From Leptogorgia sarmentosa (taxonomy: Eukaryota), in NCBI GenBank assembly GCA_964658305.1, contig OZ210885.1, forward strand, positions 17,856,001-17,920,000: DNA of 64,000 bases, in the 5' to 3' direction. The notes under the pieces are model-generated. The model ran no database searches. It worked only from the letters and a program-made list of their open reading frames with translations, and was not told the DNA's origin. Position 1 is the stretch's first letter, and every line of letters begins with the position of its first letter. Positions 60,951 to 64,000 of the stretch are shown piece by piece. The translations under genes were made by a program, and so were the position numbers.

Positions 60951-61808
60951 CTAGGAATTTCCATATTCAATTTGAAAGAAAATGTTTTCAATTGAGTTTC
61001 TTACCATAGCTTTTTTCTGTGGACTTAGTCGTCTCAGTCTTGGTGCTAAACTTAGACAAAATAAAGACTCTTCATCCATTTCATGGGCAGCATGTTGCTT
61101 GTTTTGTTGACCTAACAACTCTAATGATTTGTCAAATCTTTTCATTGCTTCTTTTATTTGATCTTCAGTATCCTTTAATTGTATTTTTTGAGATTTCTTT
61201 GCTCCTATCCAATTTAATCCTCTTTCTATACTTTGACTTTATATGCTGGTCATATGTTTGGCTATTTTCTGGGTCATCATTATCTTGAGCATTCAACAAA
61301 CTCTTATTTTCCACTTGACTTACTTTTTCGTTATCTGAAACTAAGGATAATTCATCCGTGGCATCAACACTTAATTCGAACTCGGTGTTGCTGTCCATGT
61401 CTGACAAAGATCTCCCAGTACTAGCTTCTTCAATGGCTGATACATTTATGTTGCACTTTCACGAGTTTTTATATGAGTTATCAGCCACCTAAGATGTTCA
61501 AACCGAGGATCAATACCGCCAATATCAGATAAACCAGATCCAGATTTTCCTTTTGGCTTAGATAAGTACCTTGTAAACGATGTACGAATTGTTTTGTATC
61601 TCCGTTCAGCTTCCTGTGTTGTTGTGTTCAGCAATCCAGCTATCGCCTTCCAACAGTTTTCTTTCTTCCTTTTATCGTGAAAATCTTTGCTTTTTTTGTT
61701 GTATATCGTTGGAAACTCTCGAATCAACTCCATGAAATCGATATCACTATCTATTGCCGATTTGGCAATAGCAACAAGCCTAGCCTCTCGCTCATCTTGA
61801 TCCGCCAT
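60951..61808 (-). pseudogene. Harbinger MADF/Myb-SANT + BESS accessory protein, two frameshifts
   Basis: FMELIREFPTIYN...KENCWKAIA...RYKTIRTSF (MADF) and DEESLFCLSLAPRLRRL..QKK...R (BESS). Frame breaks near 61450 and 61170. Confidence 0.85.
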
Positions 61809-61999
61809 CTTGAATTTCTTGTCGGCGACTGTCCCAAAAAACAAACTTTTTTGTTTGTTGCGACGCTGTCGCTGATGCTCGCCTCTCGTCGGCGATATAG
61901 CTTTATAAATGTTCTCATATATCGCCGATGTTGCCAAACGCTCATCGCAGACTATCGGCGACATATGAGAACTAGGCTTTATGGGGCTCGGTAAAATCG

Positions 62000-62566
62000 T
62001 ATTTAACACGCTGCTTGTTACGCCACGTGGGGGAATTGTTTGACCCTGCACTTACAAAAGTAATATACTGCTATGGAGAGTATCAAAAGGAATTTGACCA
62101 ACTTTTTCCTAATGTTGAGTTGGTAGAAGGTTTTCCAAACGACATTGGCGAACTAACAAAAGGTCACGACAACTCTTTACTCGTACTGGACGATTTGATG
62201 TCTCAGTGTTCTAACGACTCTCGCGTTGCGGAGTTGTTTACGCGTGGTTCGCATCATCGTGGAATATCTGTGTTGTATTTGACACAAAACTTATTTCCAC
62301 CTGGCAAATTATCCCGCACAATCAGTTTGAATTCCCACTACATGGTTATATTTCGAAACCCGCGCGATTCGTTGGGCATTACCACATTAGCAAGGCAAAT
62401 GTTCCCCAAACACACCGATTATCTTTTGGAAGCATTTCGTGACGCAACGAGTAAACCCTACGGCTATTTGCTCATTGACTGTCATCAGTTAACTCCCGAA
62501 AGTATGCGTTTGAAAACCAACATTTTACCCGGGGAACAACAATTCGTTTACGTAAAGCGTATTTAG
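62000..62566 (+). pseudogene. Polinton/Maverick packaging ATPase (A32/FtsK-like), C-terminal piece
   Basis: YLTRCLL...VIYCYG, Walker B LLVLDDLM, FTRGSHHRGISVLYLTQNLF, RTISLNSHY, FRNPRD, PYGYLLID. Reconstructed length 211 aa. Confidence 0.93.
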
Positions 62567-62601
62567 AACAAGGTACATTATCAAACTTAGTCATTATTAG
62601 G

Positions 62602-62928
62602 ATGTCGAAGCGCATGAGAAGAAGTCTTCCCTACTTGCAAATTTTTGCAGTGTGTAAACCAAAACTGCGCCAGGCAGTTATTGAACATGCCCCCGCTGAA
62701 GTAATTTTGGCTATTTGCGAGTGTTCGCTAAACATGCTTAAAGGGGTCATCCCTTTGACACCGCGTCAGAAATGGGCGTTATCGCGTTATAAGAAACATC
62801 TCCGTGCTTTAGCTGATAAAAAAGTATCCAGAAAGCAAAAGAAGCGTTATTTAAGTCAGAACGGAGGAGGTTTATTAACATCCGTTTTACCACCTGTTTT
62901 AAACGCACTAGGGAATTTGTTGGTATAA
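62602..62928 (+). CDS. Small basic Maverick/adintovirus-type protein
   Basis: AICECSLN.LKG..PL...QK..L..YK..LR.LA, then QNGGG followed by a hydrophobic helix (possible adenain-type cleavage site). Directly downstream of the ATPase. Confidence 0.7.
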   Translation: MSKRMRRSLPYLQIFAVCKPKLRQAVIEHAPAEVILAICECSLNMLKGVIPLTPRQKWALSRYKKHLRALADKKVSRKQKKRYLSQNGGGLLTSVLPPVLNALGNLLV

Positions 62929-63340
62929 TGAAAAAGGCAAGACGAATGGCACTGGTGCCCGAGGAAATGTTGGATAAATTTGAACGAAAGCAAAAATTGG
63001 AAACCTCTCCGATTATTTCGAATCTTTTGCAAAGCGATAAACGTATGTCGGACATTCTTGAACGTTCGGATTTGGCCGACGACGAGAAGCAGAAACTGTA
63101 CAATATGGACATGCAATGTTTTTTGGAATTGCGGCAACAGAAAAACAGTTAAATGTGCCCGAAGATCTCGTTAGAAATGACGACCGATGGAAACAAGTGG
63201 GTGAAACGAATTCTACCCAAACACGGCGATTGGGAGGTTTTGGCAGTCCACGAACTGGGGGTTTTGGCAGTCCGCCGTCCACAAGCTCATTTCAACCAAG
63301 AGAAGAAAGACGCGTACAAGAACAGTGGATAAACTATTAA
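62928..63340 (+). pseudogene. Next Maverick ORF, internally deleted or frameshifted
   Basis: Overlaps the previous stop (TAATG). ARRMALVP...DKRMSDIL....L.DDEK.KLY; ends QEQWINY in another frame. Confidence 0.5.
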
Positions 63341-64000
63341 TTTTTGTTACTTTGTTATATGAATAAATGATTTGAAAATATTTGTTGTTGCCGTTTTTTA
63401 TTTGATAAAACCCCACACATTGTTTTTCTTACAAATGATTTTATAAATGCAATAAGTTTACAACAATGATTAAGGCCACTAGTTGGCTGTTTAAATCTAA
63501 AGTGAGCTTGAATAAAACGAAACACTTTTTTATCATTTAATTCGGAATCATTACTAAACATCTGCACGATTTTTTTCATGCTAACACCTCATGCTCTATG
63601 ACTAAGATAAAATCATAGGTAGCCCAACGCACACATGACGTAACATCCAGTAGTATAATATGACAAGGTTGGCAAGTAAACAATAATATGACTCGCTACC
63701 GCTTAAAACAAGGCGAAAAAATCAACCTCTTGGGAACAAACTTCGCTAAAAAATAGCAGCCCCTAATTCTAGGATAATATTACTAAATATGTACAACGTT
63801 CTTTGCCAACAAAACGTGTGAAAAAGTCGGAAAAATACGAAAAGTTTCTCTTAATTTGCCGTGTCTCGATGCTGGATGCCTGTTGCCGTGCAAAAATTAC
63901 CGTTTGAAATTATGAATACGCGATCCTATTGGTGGGCTGTTTTGTCGGTTTATTTATAACCAAACGAATCGCGTATTCACTTTTTGAAATGGCGATTTTT

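Larger units (their letters stand above)
58961..61978 (+). mobile_element. PIF/Harbinger transposon, full length
   Basis: TIR AGCCTAGTTCTCATATGTCGC.GAT.GTCTGCGA. TSD TTA (58958-58960 / 61979-61981). Transposase plus a convergent MADF gene. Confidence 0.95.
43635..61993. mobile_element. IS3EU-type HECT + transposase element (18.4 kb including nested insertions)
   Basis: 37-bp TIR TACC(A/G)AGCCCCATAAGGGCCATGAAAATTCTTACTTT; the right copy is split by a Harbinger (58936-58960 + 61982-61993). Perfect 6-bp TSD AAATCG (43629-43634 / 61994-61999). Subterminal TTCCGACTTTTT arrays at ~43680-43860 and inverted at ~58786-58930. Confidence 0.93.

Noticed and set aside
63355..64000. Possible continuation or terminus of the Polinton
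   Set aside because: No Polinton gene or AG-rich TIR was recognised, and the 74-aa minus-strand ORF has no motif.

Overview
AT-rich eukaryotic DNA with spliceosomal introns, probably from an invertebrate metazoan (the element repertoire suggests an anthozoan; this is inference). I find no ordinary host protein-coding gene. The window is a dense stack of nested mobile elements: a complete Kolobok, three hATs (one apparently intact), a P-superfamily element, a Harbinger, three tyrosine-recombinase (DIRS-like) retroelements, LINE, Copia and Helitron relics, several MITEs, and a Polinton/Maverick segment (packaging ATPase, small conserved ORFs, a triple GRF zinc-finger ORF, and a nearby intron-containing tRNA-Tyr). 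The main finding is a recurring two-gene DNA transposon with TAY...RTA termini (IS3EU-type). It carries an integrase-core DDE transposase on one strand and a convergent, intron-containing HECT E3 ubiquitin ligase with variable N-terminal modules on the other. Two copies have both ends (29766-34415 and 43635-61993) and two relics lie at 8930-17421. The 43635-61993 copy has a 6-bp TSD and sits at the Walker A motif of the Polinton ATPase. Family names come from motif recognition by eye, not from database searches.
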